From an uncultured Methanosarcinales archaeon (GTDB lineage Archaea > Nanobdellota > Nanobdellia > Woesearchaeales > CAZYIM01), in the NCBI GenBank assembly GCA_964647565.1, contig CAZYIM010000010.1, forward strand, positions 1-64,000: a stretch of 64,000 bases of DNA, read 5' to 3'. The translations under genes and the position numbers were made by a program. Positions 9,959 through 19,924 of this stretch are shown piece by piece (within the stretch, counting starts at the first letter, position 1; every line of letters starts with the position of its first letter). Below the pieces are notes generated by a model that worked only from the letters and a program-made list of their open reading frames with translations, was not told where the DNA came from and did no database searches.

Positions 9959-10705
9959 TCACCTCAAAATGTCTTCCTTATACACTAAACCATCAATCTT
10001 CATCAGGTTAGTCTGACATGTTTCTGATAAAGTTTGAAAAGTTTCATAAAATGCTAATTTATTCTTTTCTGTTTCAACAGATTCAGAAAGTATTGTACCA
10101 CACTCATTTATACATACCTTCATTTCTGAAATACCACTAATTACATCTCTTAATTGAGCAACTTTTAAATAATGGTCTTTAACTATATTAGAGGATTTTG
10201 GTTTTTCTTCTGGAGGTATATCAACAGGTATAGGTTCTGGTGTCTTAAAAATTGAGTTTTCAGCAGAATCCGACGCTGCTTGGGCTCCGGCTTCAGCTTC
10301 TACATCTAAGTCCTGCTCTTCAAAATCAGGAAGTTCAAAATTAATTGGCTCTTCAATAGAACCCTCACTAGCAGGTATCTCTGGACTAGACTGAGGGACT
10401 TCAACAGGCTTTTGCTTATCTTCATCTGCCTCAGGAATTGGAATTTCATCAGCTGAAATGGCATCTTTTATTTGATCGTTATTAGATGATTCTGGTACAG
10501 CAGGCATTTCAGCTTCAGGAAGCGGAGGTTCTACGTTCCCCATTTCTACAGGAGGCGGCATTGGAACCTCCTCCATTGATATATTTTCTGCAGGAGGATT
10601 CATTGCATTTCCTGGTGCCTCTGGCATTGGCGGGGCTTCAGGAGGTTTAAATTTAGTTTCCTCGCCCCCTTTTTTATGTAAGAAATTAAATGCTGACAAC
10701 ATCAC
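9959..10705 (-). CDS. Hypothetical protein: acidic Pro-rich disordered region plus C-terminal coiled-coil
   Basis: P/E-rich N-terminal two-thirds; helical C-terminus; start may be ATG at 10702. Confidence 0.75.
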   Translation of the reverse strand: MMLSAFNFLHKKGGEETKFKPPEAPPMPEAPGNAMNPPAENISMEEVPMPPPVEMGNVEPPLPEAEMPAVPESSNNDQIKDAISADEIPIPEADEDKQKPVEVPQSSPEIPASEGSIEEPINFELPDFEEQDLDVEAEAGAQAASDSAENSIFKTPEPIPVDIPPEEKPKSSNIVKDHYLKVAQLRDVISGISEMKVCINECGTILSESVETEKNKLAFYETFQTLSETCQTNLMKIDGLVYKEDILR

Positions 10706-10829
10706 ACCTCTTTAATAGTCCTGATATTTAACCAGAGTATTTATAATTTTCTTATTATTCTATAATAGTAAATTATCGTTTCAAACATGGTAGGAAAATA
10801 TTAAAATACTTGAAAACAATTGGTTTATT

Positions 10830-11816
10830 GTGAAAGAAGCTCTTTTTTATCAAAAGCAGGAAAACGACAGTATTCAATGCAATTTATGCCCCCATATATG
10901 TAAAATTATAGACAAAAAAAGAGGTTTGTGCGGAGTTAGGGAAAATAGGAATGGAAAACTCTATTCTCTAGTATACAACAAATCCTGCTCGTTAAGTATA
11001 GACCCAATTGAAAAAAAACCCTTGTATCATTTCTACCCAGGCACTAAGACCTTTTCACTCGCAACAGTCGGTTGTAATTTTTTTTGCAAAGGTTGTCAGA
11101 ACTGGAGCATATCAAGAGGAGTACCTAAAAAACACTCTGAAGAGGTATCCCCTGAACAGATAATAAATATGTGTATAGAAAGAGAGTGCAAAATTATTTC
11201 TTATACATACACAGAGCCTACAGTTTATTTTGAATATATGTTGGAAATTGCAAAACTAGCAAGAAAACAAGGTATAAAGAACACAATTGTCAGTAATGGT
11301 TTTATCAACCAGCCACCCCTTCGCGAGTTAAGTAAATATCTTGATGCAGCTAACATAGACTTAAAGGCTTTTAATGATAATTTCTATAAGGAATACTGCA
11401 AAGCAAGGATCGGTCCGGTCCTAGATACCTTAAAATTACTGAAAGAAAAAGAGATCTGGCTAGAGATCACGAATTTATTGATAACTGATCTTAACGATAA
11501 TAAAGACGAATTCGAACAAATGTGTGTGTGGATTAAGAAAGAGCTCGGACAAGGTGTGCCTTTGCATATCTCGCGTTTTTTTCCTCATTACAAATGTGAA
11601 GTACCCCCTACTCCAGAAAGTATCTTAAATGATGCGGTTGCAATTGCCAAAAAGCATCTTGATTATGTCTACTTAGGAAATATTTTTACAGATTCAAACA
11701 CATATTGTCCCAAATGCAAAAAGATTTTAATCCAAAGAATGAGTAAGATTGTCACAAATTCTATCAGTAAAAATGCATGTTCTTGCGGCAAAAACATTGA
11801 AGGTATTTGGCGATAA
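10830..11816 (+). CDS. amrS: AmmeMemoRadiSam system radical SAM enzyme
   Basis: CNLCPHIC...GLCGVR, DPIEKKPLYHFYPG, GCNFFCKGCQNW, YTYTEP, PLHISRFFP. Confidence 0.93.
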   Translation: MKEALFYQKQENDSIQCNLCPHICKIIDKKRGLCGVRENRNGKLYSLVYNKSCSLSIDPIEKKPLYHFYPGTKTFSLATVGCNFFCKGCQNWSISRGVPKKHSEEVSPEQIINMCIERECKIISYTYTEPTVYFEYMLEIAKLARKQGIKNTIVSNGFINQPPLRELSKYLDAANIDLKAFNDNFYKEYCKARIGPVLDTLKLLKEKEIWLEITNLLITDLNDNKDEFEQMCVWIKKELGQGVPLHISRFFPHYKCEVPPTPESILNDAVAIAKKHLDYVYLGNIFTDSNTYCPKCKKILIQRMSKIVTNSISKNACSCGKNIEGIWR

Positions 11817-11982
11817 ACATCAGAAACCCTCCTCTATAATTACAAAAAAAAGTACATAATTGCTACCGATAAGGTGTGTAAAACAACTCGACAAATGTAA
11901 AAAACCGTAAGCTTTTAATAGTAGTTATAATATTTCAATATCAAAAAGGGGTGATAAATCCTACTTTTTGGAGGTAGAGGAA

Positions 11983-12786
11983 ATGATTGTGAAAGAAGAG
12001 TTTCTAAGCCGATTGAGGAGATATTTCGGGCTTAATCTCTATGAGGTTAAGATATGGACTGCTCTGCTTTCTAGAGGGGTGAGTACGGCTGGAGAGCTTT
12101 CTGATATTGCAAATGTGCCAAGATCAAGAAGCTACGATGTTCTCGAGTCTCTAGAAAAAAAAGGTTTTGTAATAATGAAGATTGGTAAGCCAATCAAGTA
12201 TATAGCAGTGCCACCTAAAGAAGTTGTGGAGAGAGTTAAGAAAAATGTGAAAAAGGGTGCCGAAGAGAAGGTGAAAAGACTTGAGAACCTGAAAACCACC
12301 GACGTTGTCAAGGAGTTAAATTCTTTGCACACTCAAGGCGTTGAATTAGTAGAACCCTCAGATCTCGCAGCTTCACTCAGAGGGAGACATAATCTGTATA
12401 ATCACTTGGAGCTTACTATAAGAAATGCAGAGAAGACAGTCACCATCATGACTACATCACAAGGCCTTATCAGAAAGATCGAAGGTCTGAAACCTGTATT
12501 TGAGGAAGTCAAGAAACGAGGTGTTAGAATTCGAATTGCGGCTCCTCTGACCAAGGAAACAGATAAAGCAGTCAAAGATTTAGGAAAAGTGGCTGAGGTT
12601 AGGAACACCACCAGTAAAGCAAGATTCTGTGTTGTTGATGGTAAGGAAGTAATCTTTATGGTTATGGACGATGCAGAAGTTCACCCAACATACGACATAG
12701 GTATCTGGGTTAACACACCATTCTTTGCAAGCGCATTGGAAGAATTATTTGACCTTGCTTGGAAGTCCCTAAAGGCCAAAGCTTAA
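11983..12786 (+). CDS. TrmB-family transcriptional regulator / chromatin protein (copy 1)
   Basis: FGLNLYEVKIW...TAGELSDIANVPRSRSYDVLESLEKKG wHTH plus C-terminal effector-like domain; ATG at 11983 after GGAGGT. Confidence 0.92.
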   Translation: MIVKEEFLSRLRRYFGLNLYEVKIWTALLSRGVSTAGELSDIANVPRSRSYDVLESLEKKGFVIMKIGKPIKYIAVPPKEVVERVKKNVKKGAEEKVKRLENLKTTDVVKELNSLHTQGVELVEPSDLAASLRGRHNLYNHLELTIRNAEKTVTIMTTSQGLIRKIEGLKPVFEEVKKRGVRIRIAAPLTKETDKAVKDLGKVAEVRNTTSKARFCVVDGKEVIFMVMDDAEVHPTYDIGIWVNTPFFASALEELFDLAWKSLKAKA

Positions 12787-12815
12787 TTTTTTTATTTTTT
12801 TATTTTCTTTTTATT
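12787..12815 (+). terminator. Oligo-T archaeal-type terminator
   Basis: Several T-tracts immediately after the stop codon. Confidence 0.5.
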
Positions 12816-12859
12816 TAAAAACAAAGCTTTTAAATATAAAACTCCTGTTCTAGCATATA

Positions 12860-14407
12860 ATGACAATAAAGGATATTGTAAAGAAACTCCATCCCCTTGA
12901 GATCCAAACCCTGCCGAAAATTGAACAGGGCATCTTATTCTCAGATTTAGTTAATAAAACAGGATTAAGCGACATTGAAACCATGAGAGCAGTCCAGTGG
13001 CTTCAGAATAAAGATCTTGTAACTATCAAAGAAAATATTATAGAAGCTATTGAACTAGACGTGAACGGGGCAGAATATGTTAAAAAAGGTCTTCCCGAAA
13101 GAAGATTGCTTTATGCACTTGCTAAAACATCAAAACTTAGTTCAGAAGAGATTATAAAACAAGCTGATATCGCACCTGATGAGCTTAATATCTGTATTGG
13201 CACCTTAAAAAAAATGGTCGCAATTGAAATAAGCAAAGGCCCAAAAGGTCTTATGATATCTCTGACAGAACAGGGTAAAAAACTATTGACTAAAGATATG
13301 CTTGAAGAGCAATTCCTTAATAATAAGTTCCCTATGGAATCAGATAAATTAACTGATGAAGACAGATTTGCATTCAACAATCTATTGAAAAGAAAGAATA
13401 TTATCAAGAAAGATATTCAAAAAGATAGGATAATCAACCCGACGGAGATAGGACTCAAGGTACAAAAGCTATGTGGAAGTACAACTAAAGACTCCATTGA
13501 AAAATTGACTCCTAAGATGCTTAAGACAGGCAGTTGGAAAGGAAAGCAATTCAGAAACTATGATATCCAGATAAATGTTCCTCAAATAACAGGGGGTAAA
13601 CGTCATTTTGTTAATCAAGCAAAGAATTATGCAAAAAAGATATGGCTTGAGCTTGGTTTCAAGGAGATGAAAGGACCTATCATAAATACATCTTTTTGGA
13701 ATTTTGATGCTCTTTTCACAGCCCAGGACCATCCAGTAAGAGACCTACAGGACACGTTCTATCTTAAAAACCCTGCCAAAGGAAGTCTACCTACCAAGCA
13801 ACTTGTGGCTGGTGTAAAAGCTGCACATGAAAAGGGCGGCAATACAGGCAGCAGAGGATGGGAATATGATTGGAATCCTGAGGAAGCCAAGAAAAATGTC
13901 CTAAGAACCCACACAACTGTATTGAGTGCATTGACCCTGGCCAAACTTAGAAAAGAAAAGCTTCCTGCTAAATTCTTTTCGTTTGGAAGATGCTATAGAA
14001 ACGAAGCTATTGATTGGTCGCACCTGTTTGAATTCAACCAGACAGACGGGATTGTAATTGATGAAAATGCAAATTTCCGCCATCTTCTCGGATATCTTAA
14101 AGAGTTCTTTAAAAAAATGGGATTTGACAAGGCAAGGTTCAGACCTGCTCATTTTCCATATACTGAACCAAGTGTAGAGATTGATGTATATCACCCTGTC
14201 CATAAAAAATGGATTGAGTTGGGTGGAGCTGGTATGTTTCGGCCAGAATTGATCATTCCCCTATTAGGAAAAGATATACCCGTCCTAGCTTGGGGCCCTG
14301 GATTTGACAGGATCATCATGGATTATTATAAAATAACAGATCTTCGAGATCTATATCGTAATGACCTTAAAAAAATAAGAGAAATTAAGTTTTGGATGAG
14401 AGACTAA
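12860..14407 (+). CDS. pheS: Phenylalanine-tRNA ligase alpha subunit
   Basis: FWNFDALF..QDHP.RDLQDTFY, LRTHTT, RNE.ID..HL.EF.Q, FPYTEPS, GAGMFRPE. Confidence 0.97.
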   Translation: MTIKDIVKKLHPLEIQTLPKIEQGILFSDLVNKTGLSDIETMRAVQWLQNKDLVTIKENIIEAIELDVNGAEYVKKGLPERRLLYALAKTSKLSSEEIIKQADIAPDELNICIGTLKKMVAIEISKGPKGLMISLTEQGKKLLTKDMLEEQFLNNKFPMESDKLTDEDRFAFNNLLKRKNIIKKDIQKDRIINPTEIGLKVQKLCGSTTKDSIEKLTPKMLKTGSWKGKQFRNYDIQINVPQITGGKRHFVNQAKNYAKKIWLELGFKEMKGPIINTSFWNFDALFTAQDHPVRDLQDTFYLKNPAKGSLPTKQLVAGVKAAHEKGGNTGSRGWEYDWNPEEAKKNVLRTHTTVLSALTLAKLRKEKLPAKFFSFGRCYRNEAIDWSHLFEFNQTDGIVIDENANFRHLLGYLKEFFKKMGFDKARFRPAHFPYTEPSVEIDVYHPVHKKWIELGGAGMFRPELIIPLLGKDIPVLAWGPGFDRIIMDYYKITDLRDLYRNDLKKIREIKFWMRD

Positions 14408-14408
14408 A

Positions 14409-16061
14409 ATGCCCACAGTTAACCTGAATAAGAATGTTTTTGAAAAACTGGTTGGAAAAAAGCTTCCACTTGATAAACTCAAAGACCGGATTAGCATGCT
14501 TGGAACAGACCTTGAAAAAATAGAAGGAGATACAATTGAAGTTGAAGTATTTCCCAACAGGCCAGACATGCTTTCTGAACAGGGTTTTGCAAGGGCATTC
14601 AGTTCATTTATTGGAGTAAAAAAGGGGTTAAGAGACTTTAAAATAAAAAAGTCAGAACTTAAACTTATAGTCAAGAAATCTCTTCCAAAAGAATGGCCTT
14701 ACGCTTTTGCCTGTATCATAAAAGGTCTTAGTTTTAATGATGAAAAAATAAGGGAAGTCATCCAGATTCAAGAAAAACTTGGAATGACTCTGTTACGCAA
14801 GAGGAAAAAAGGAGGAATAGGTCTTTATCCTCTTGAAAAGATAACGTTTCCGATCAGTTTCGTTGGCGAACATCCTGATAAAATTAAGTTCAGGCCTTTA
14901 GAATATCCAAATGAGATAACCGGCAGACAGATCTTATCAAAACACTCAACAGGAAGGGCTTATGCTCATCTGGTGGAAGGTTGGAACAAATTCCCTATTT
15001 TCGTGGATGCCAAAGGCATAGTGATGTCAATGCCACCCATCATCAATTCACATGATGTGGGAAAGATTGACGAAACCACCCAAGATGTCTTTCTAGAGGT
15101 GACAGGCAATGATTTCCACGCCACACAAGCTGCACTCACCATAATAGCAACATCTCTAATTGATATGGGAGGTACTCTTTACTCAATAGATTGCATCCAA
15201 CAGGATGGAAAAAGCTATGCGATTCCAAATCTTAAGCCTAAGAGAATGAAATTGGATCTTGCTTACTGTAATAGATGGCTTGGACTCGATCTAAAGATGA
15301 AAGATGCAGAAAAACTCCTAGAAAAAATGGGTTACGGATGTAAAAATGGACAGGTATTTGTACCTGCGTATAGAGTGGATATAATGCATCAGGTTGACCT
15401 TTTTGAAGATATAGCCATAGCTTATGGATATGAGAATTTCGATGCAGAGATCCCAGGCATATCCACCATCGGAGAGGAGGATTCAACTGAGATATTCAAA
15501 AACAGGATTGCCAACATATTAGAATGTGCAGGTCTACTGGAGCTTAACACATTCAATATGACCAACAGCAATCAACAATGCACCAAGATGAAAACAAAGA
15601 AAGCTCTTGTTGAAGTTGCTAATGCAGTCAATTCAGAATATAATCTTGTAAGAGGTTGGATGATACCTACACTTCTTGGAGTTCTGAACAAGAACAAACA
15701 TAATGAATATCCCCAGAATATCTTTGAGATTGGAAAAGTGTTCAGTCTAGCTCAGGACACAGAAACAGGTGCTAATGAAGAAGATATGCTTGGAGTGGCT
15801 TTATGTGATTCTGAAAATGATTTCACGAAAATAAAACAGTTATTAGATTATTTTGTCAGAATGCTTGGATTCGAATATGATATTAAGGATGTAAAGCATC
15901 CCTCTTTTATTGAAGGTCGTGCAGGTAATATTGTTATTGGGAATAAAATCGTTGGAATAATTGGAGAAATAAATCCTGAAGTACTCAGTAACTGGGAGAT
16001 CGAATATCCAGTAGGTGCATTTGAGATAAGAATTTCTGAAATAGAATCCTTAGTTAAATAA
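14409..16061 (+). CDS. pheT: Phenylalanine-tRNA ligase beta subunit (archaeal type)
   Basis: PNRPDMLS, SMPPIINS, YRVDIMHQVDLFEDIAIAYGY; directly follows pheS. Confidence 0.96.
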   Translation: MPTVNLNKNVFEKLVGKKLPLDKLKDRISMLGTDLEKIEGDTIEVEVFPNRPDMLSEQGFARAFSSFIGVKKGLRDFKIKKSELKLIVKKSLPKEWPYAFACIIKGLSFNDEKIREVIQIQEKLGMTLLRKRKKGGIGLYPLEKITFPISFVGEHPDKIKFRPLEYPNEITGRQILSKHSTGRAYAHLVEGWNKFPIFVDAKGIVMSMPPIINSHDVGKIDETTQDVFLEVTGNDFHATQAALTIIATSLIDMGGTLYSIDCIQQDGKSYAIPNLKPKRMKLDLAYCNRWLGLDLKMKDAEKLLEKMGYGCKNGQVFVPAYRVDIMHQVDLFEDIAIAYGYENFDAEIPGISTIGEEDSTEIFKNRIANILECAGLLELNTFNMTNSNQQCTKMKTKKALVEVANAVNSEYNLVRGWMIPTLLGVLNKNKHNEYPQNIFEIGKVFSLAQDTETGANEEDMLGVALCDSENDFTKIKQLLDYFVRMLGFEYDIKDVKHPSFIEGRAGNIVIGNKIVGIIGEINPEVLSNWEIEYPVGAFEIRISEIESLVK

Positions 16062-16087
16062 CAATCTTTATATACCTCTTCTATTGA

Positions 16088-16738
16088 ATGGGCCTTATGA
16101 AATCCAAAAAAAAATACCAGATTGTAGTATTAGGTTCAAGCAAAATCATATGCACAGCTCAAGCATATAAAATGGCAGAAGAAGTTGGAAGAGAGCTCGC
16201 AAAAAAAGGTTGTATTGTACTTACAGGGGGCGGTCTTGGAGTCATGGAAGCTGCTTTAAAGGGAGCAAAAAAAGAGGGTGGACTCACTCTTGCAATAGTG
16301 CCATGGGAAAGCCATAAATGGGCTAATGAATACGCAGACGTTGTTGTTGCTACAGGTATAGGATGGTCAAGAAACTCAATAAATCTTAATTCTTGTGACG
16401 GCGCAATCATAATTGGGGGAGGTGTTGGCACACTTAACGAGGCATCGTATGCATATATGCAAAGTAAACCTATTGTCGCCTTAACACCAAGCGGAGGTTT
16501 TGCAGAGATTCTCTCTGACAAGTATTTTGATATAAGAAAAACAGAAAAAATCCGTGGCGCACACGATCCAAAAGAAGCTGTTAAGAAGATTCTTGCACTT
16601 GTAGAAAAACATACTAAAGAAACAGTCTCACCAAAAGATGAAATTCTTCTAAAAGCACTTGAGGATGAGGATTGGCACATCCTTATGAAAAGAAAAGGAT
16701 TAAAAAGAAATAAAAAAAATAAAGAAGCTGTAGAGTAG
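16088..16738 (+). CDS. LOG/SLOG family Rossmann-fold protein (TIGR00725-like)
   Basis: TGGGLGVMEAA...GAK..GG, RN, GGGVGTLNE. Confidence 0.88.
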   Translation: MGLMKSKKKYQIVVLGSSKIICTAQAYKMAEEVGRELAKKGCIVLTGGGLGVMEAALKGAKKEGGLTLAIVPWESHKWANEYADVVVATGIGWSRNSINLNSCDGAIIIGGGVGTLNEASYAYMQSKPIVALTPSGGFAEILSDKYFDIRKTEKIRGAHDPKEAVKKILALVEKHTKETVSPKDEILLKALEDEDWHILMKRKGLKRNKKNKEAVE

Positions 16739-17314
16739 TTAGTCTTTTTTCTCTGTTTTTTTCTTAGGTTTGGGTTCAGACACCTCGGATTTAGATTTGG
16801 AATCTTCTTCCTTTTTTTCAGAAATATCTTGCTTCTTAGGCTCAGAAGAACCCTGTTCATCCTCTGCCTTAGAAACATCAGTTGTAGATTCTACAGATCC
16901 TTGATCTTCTGTTGGTTCTGATTTTTCTGCTTGCTCTTTTGGAGAAGGGCGTTTCTCTACCTTAGGTTTGGCCTTAGAGGCCTCAATTTTTGCATCTAAA
17001 GGCACTTCCTGCTTAACTCGCGGAGCTTTCTTCTTTTTCATCCGAACAGGTCTCTCAGTCGCTTTCTTGGGCTTGCTCTCTATTAGTTCAATATTCAGTT
17101 TCTTGAATTCAGCCACAATGTCCGAATGAGCTGCATTTTTCTTTATTTTAATAACCTGATCTAATGGCTCAAGATGTCTATTGTTGCATTTTCTTCGTCG
17201 AGTTTGGCCATCAATCAATACATGATTTCCATCCAAAATATCCACAACAATGCACTTCAGATTTGCATCTCTGCCCGCTATTTTAATACAGATTCTTCCT
17301 ATTTCCATAACCAT
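16739..17314 (-). CDS. rpl14e: 50S ribosomal protein eL14 with long charged C-terminal tail
   Basis: IGRICIKIAGRDA..KCIVVD...VLIDG..RRRKCN..HLEP. Confidence 0.93.
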   Translation of the reverse strand: MVMEIGRICIKIAGRDANLKCIVVDILDGNHVLIDGQTRRRKCNNRHLEPLDQVIKIKKNAAHSDIVAEFKKLNIELIESKPKKATERPVRMKKKKAPRVKQEVPLDAKIEASKAKPKVEKRPSPKEQAEKSEPTEDQGSVESTTDVSKAEDEQGSSEPKKQDISEKKEEDSKSKSEVSEPKPKKKTEKKD

Positions 17315-17368
17315 TTTGTTCCTCCTAATCTCTTGTAGAACGACACCGTCACCGATGTGTCAAAGAGA

Positions 17369-17632
17369 TTATCTATTTTGGGAAATAATCTTACGTCGCA
17401 TACATTTACTGCAAAGTGTACCACCATAAGGCCTCTCAGGCCTTTTCTTGGTCTTGGGTAAGTTACTCATTTTGTAAGGCCTCTCCCGCAAGGTTCCTTG
17501 CAGATTGGCACCACATTCAGAGCATTTTGAAACTGAAGGTTTACGCTTCTTATATCTAACAACAACTCTTGAAGCAGGGGTTCTCTTAAAAACTCTCCCC
17601 AATGTCCGTGATTTATGTCTTCCTGATGGCAT
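17369..17632 (-). CDS. rpl34e: 50S ribosomal protein eL34
   Basis: RTP, CSECG..LQG, KRPERPYGGTLCSKC. Confidence 0.96.
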   Translation of the reverse strand: MPSGRHKSRTLGRVFKRTPASRVVVRYKKRKPSVSKCSECGANLQGTLRERPYKMSNLPKTKKRPERPYGGTLCSKCMRRKIISQNR

Positions 17633-17712
17633 TTTTTACATCCAATGATTTATAGTCGAGGAAACTAAAAGCATTTATAAAGTTTATTAAATTGAAAAGC
17701 AATTTTAAACTT

Positions 17713-17733
17713 CAGAATTGAGAATCAATTCTG
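17713..17733. terminator. Hairpin after the DUF106 gene (possible terminator or processing site)
   Basis: CAGAATTGA-gaa-TCAATTCTG perfect 9-bp stem; a TTTATAAA box near 17675 could drive rpl34e separately. Confidence 0.45.
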
Positions 17734-17760
17734 GAATGTTATGCTGAAGAATGCTAGTTA

Positions 17761-18519
17761 TTAACTAAGCTTCAACACTTTTCTTAATATAGTACTAATT
17801 ATTATTGAAAAAATAATATATGCCCATAACCAGCTCAGTTTCAGGCCGAATATATCTATTTTTATAGGAGGATTATGTATCTTTATTTTTTTCATCTTAG
17901 ATTTCTTGATAGCCTTTTCAGGAGGCGCATATTCTCTTTCTTCAGTTATCTTAAGATCCATATTATATGCTTCATTCCCATAAGTCACAGACAGTAAATA
18001 ATCAGCTTCTTCACCCTGAAGTCTCCACATGGCCTTGTTATCAATAATTGTAACTGTTTTATTAGATAATATTGTTAGTTCGGGAAGAGCATCTAAAGTA
18101 ACATCACCAAATGCTCCATCATAAAACTCAGCAGAAATTTCAAAAGGAGTATTAGGTACAATTGGATGATATGCCATGTGTGCATTCAACCATCCAAAAA
18201 TTAGTATTATCGGTAAAAATGTATAGAGTGTGGGTTTGAACGATTGCTTCATATACTGCATGTTCTTTTCCATCATAATTTTCTGCTTGGCCATGGCTTT
18301 TTTAGGATCGTCTTTCAATGCTTTCACTTCTTTTTGGAGATGTTTCATCTCGTCTTTCAGTTTTTTCATAACAGTCTGGTCTGTTGCGAATTTGTAGACT
18401 AATGTTATTATTACTGTAATTATGAAAGAGATGATAAGAATTGCAGAAAGAGGATCCAGTTTGAGAAGAGGACTCATGATAGGGTTCATTATTGACTCGA
18501 AAACCAACTTATCCACCAC
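17761..18519 (-). CDS. DUF106 / EMC3-TMCO1 (Oxa1 superfamily) membrane insertase
   Basis: TM, coiled-coil, TM architecture; QSFKPTLYTFLPII, WLWAYI..S...RK; canonical position after secY. Confidence 0.9.
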   Translation of the reverse strand: MVDKLVFESIMNPIMSPLLKLDPLSAILIISFIITVIITLVYKFATDQTVMKKLKDEMKHLQKEVKALKDDPKKAMAKQKIMMEKNMQYMKQSFKPTLYTFLPIILIFGWLNAHMAYHPIVPNTPFEISAEFYDGAFGDVTLDALPELTILSNKTVTIIDNKAMWRLQGEEADYLLSVTYGNEAYNMDLKITEEREYAPPEKAIKKSKMKKIKIHNPPIKIDIFGLKLSWLWAYIIFSIIISTILRKVLKLS

Positions 18520-19888
18520 CCATGAACTTTCTCATCATAGGGTTCATATCCATCATGTGCTGCCGTGCAATATCCTCATAAAGTTTATAGACTATCATTA
18601 CAGTCAAGAGTATTCCTGTACCCCTACTCAACGCACCTAATAAATCTGCCATCGCAGCTAACAGACCTACTGCAAGGCCTCCCATTATGGTCAAGGGTCC
18701 TATATATCGTTCAAGCAATCTTTCTAAAACGCGTTGATCTTTTCGAAAACCAGGTATTTGTAAACCAGAAGCCATTATTTGTTTAGCTTGACTTCTTGCA
18801 TCCATGCCTGCCGTTTGTACCCAAAAATAACTGAACATTAAAGATCCCAGCATCATGATAACAATATAGACTAAAGCTTGGAGTATATGACTGCCTGTAA
18901 GATTACCATTTATAACATATTGAACAATATTTGGACTGTAAAGCCACGCAGCTAATCCCTTGATAGGATAATTGCTTGTGCCAAATGTGCCCAGGATTGT
19001 ACCATGACCTACCCATTTCTCCACCAATCTTGCAAACAGTTGAATATTAGCTATAAGAGCTGCAACAAGAATTACTGGGATGTTACTAGTATATAAGAAT
19101 TGCAAAGGCCATCGTATCCCATGCCCTCTTATTCTACCGAAAGACAAAGGAATCTCTACCTTCATGGATTGAACATATACGACAACAAGAAATACAAAAA
19201 TTGTGGCTAGAACAGATGCCAACATTAAACCTGCAGTCTGAGCATATCCTGCTGCTAAAGACTGAAAAAGAGCAGGTATAGCTCCCGCAGCAATATCAGG
19301 TTTGGTAGGACTTGGTAAAGGATTAAATGCCTTAATAAATATCTCCTTTGAGACACCTGCAGCAATAAAGAGACTTATACCGCTTCCAAATCCCCATTTG
19401 GAAACAACCTCGTCCATAAACATAATTAAAACACCACCTAAAAACAACTGAAATATCAATATCATTGGAGGGATGCCCGCCTTTGGAGCCAAGCCACCCA
19501 TCCCGACGTATATGAATGCTTCTAAAACAATAAATCCTATTGCAAAAAGTTTCTGAAATCCTTGAAATCGTTTCTTACCTTCGGGACTAGTCAGATCAAA
19601 TTTCATCAGACCCGAACCGTTTAACAGCTGTAAAACAATAGATGCTGTAACAATAGGACCTATACCCAAACTGACAATGCTACCGAACTGTGCAGCCATG
19701 ATGACTGACAAGAACTCAAACTGTTGTAAAGCATTCTCACCTAGTCCAAATAAAGGAACTAATCCTAAAATATAGAATAGAACAAGAGTAATTAATGTCC
19801 ATTTCAGTTTTTCCTTGAAGGCCAACTTCTTCTGCGTTGGACCCGCAACTTCAGGAAGATTGCCTAGTAGAGTATCGAACCATGCCAT
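18509..19888 (-). CDS. secY: Preprotein translocase subunit SecY
   Basis: LGIGPIVTASIVLQLL, KWGFGSGISLFIAAG, LYTSNIPVIL, IPGFR. Confidence 0.98.
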   Translation of the reverse strand: MAWFDTLLGNLPEVAGPTQKKLAFKEKLKWTLITLVLFYILGLVPLFGLGENALQQFEFLSVIMAAQFGSIVSLGIGPIVTASIVLQLLNGSGLMKFDLTSPEGKKRFQGFQKLFAIGFIVLEAFIYVGMGGLAPKAGIPPMILIFQLFLGGVLIMFMDEVVSKWGFGSGISLFIAAGVSKEIFIKAFNPLPSPTKPDIAAGAIPALFQSLAAGYAQTAGLMLASVLATIFVFLVVVYVQSMKVEIPLSFGRIRGHGIRWPLQFLYTSNIPVILVAALIANIQLFARLVEKWVGHGTILGTFGTSNYPIKGLAAWLYSPNIVQYVINGNLTGSHILQALVYIVIMMLGSLMFSYFWVQTAGMDARSQAKQIMASGLQIPGFRKDQRVLERLLERYIGPLTIMGGLAVGLLAAMADLLGALSRGTGILLTVMIVYKLYEDIARQHMMDMNPMMRKFMGGG

Positions 19889-19924
19889 TTTATTCTCGGA
19901 ACATCTTATAAACAGTTAATAAAA

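Noticed and set aside
16159..16878. 239-aa antisense ORF, plus similar long shadow ORFs (7255-7920, 37208-37774, 30907-31470, 26387-26866)
   Set aside because: Antisense to clearly conserved genes; no motifs of their own
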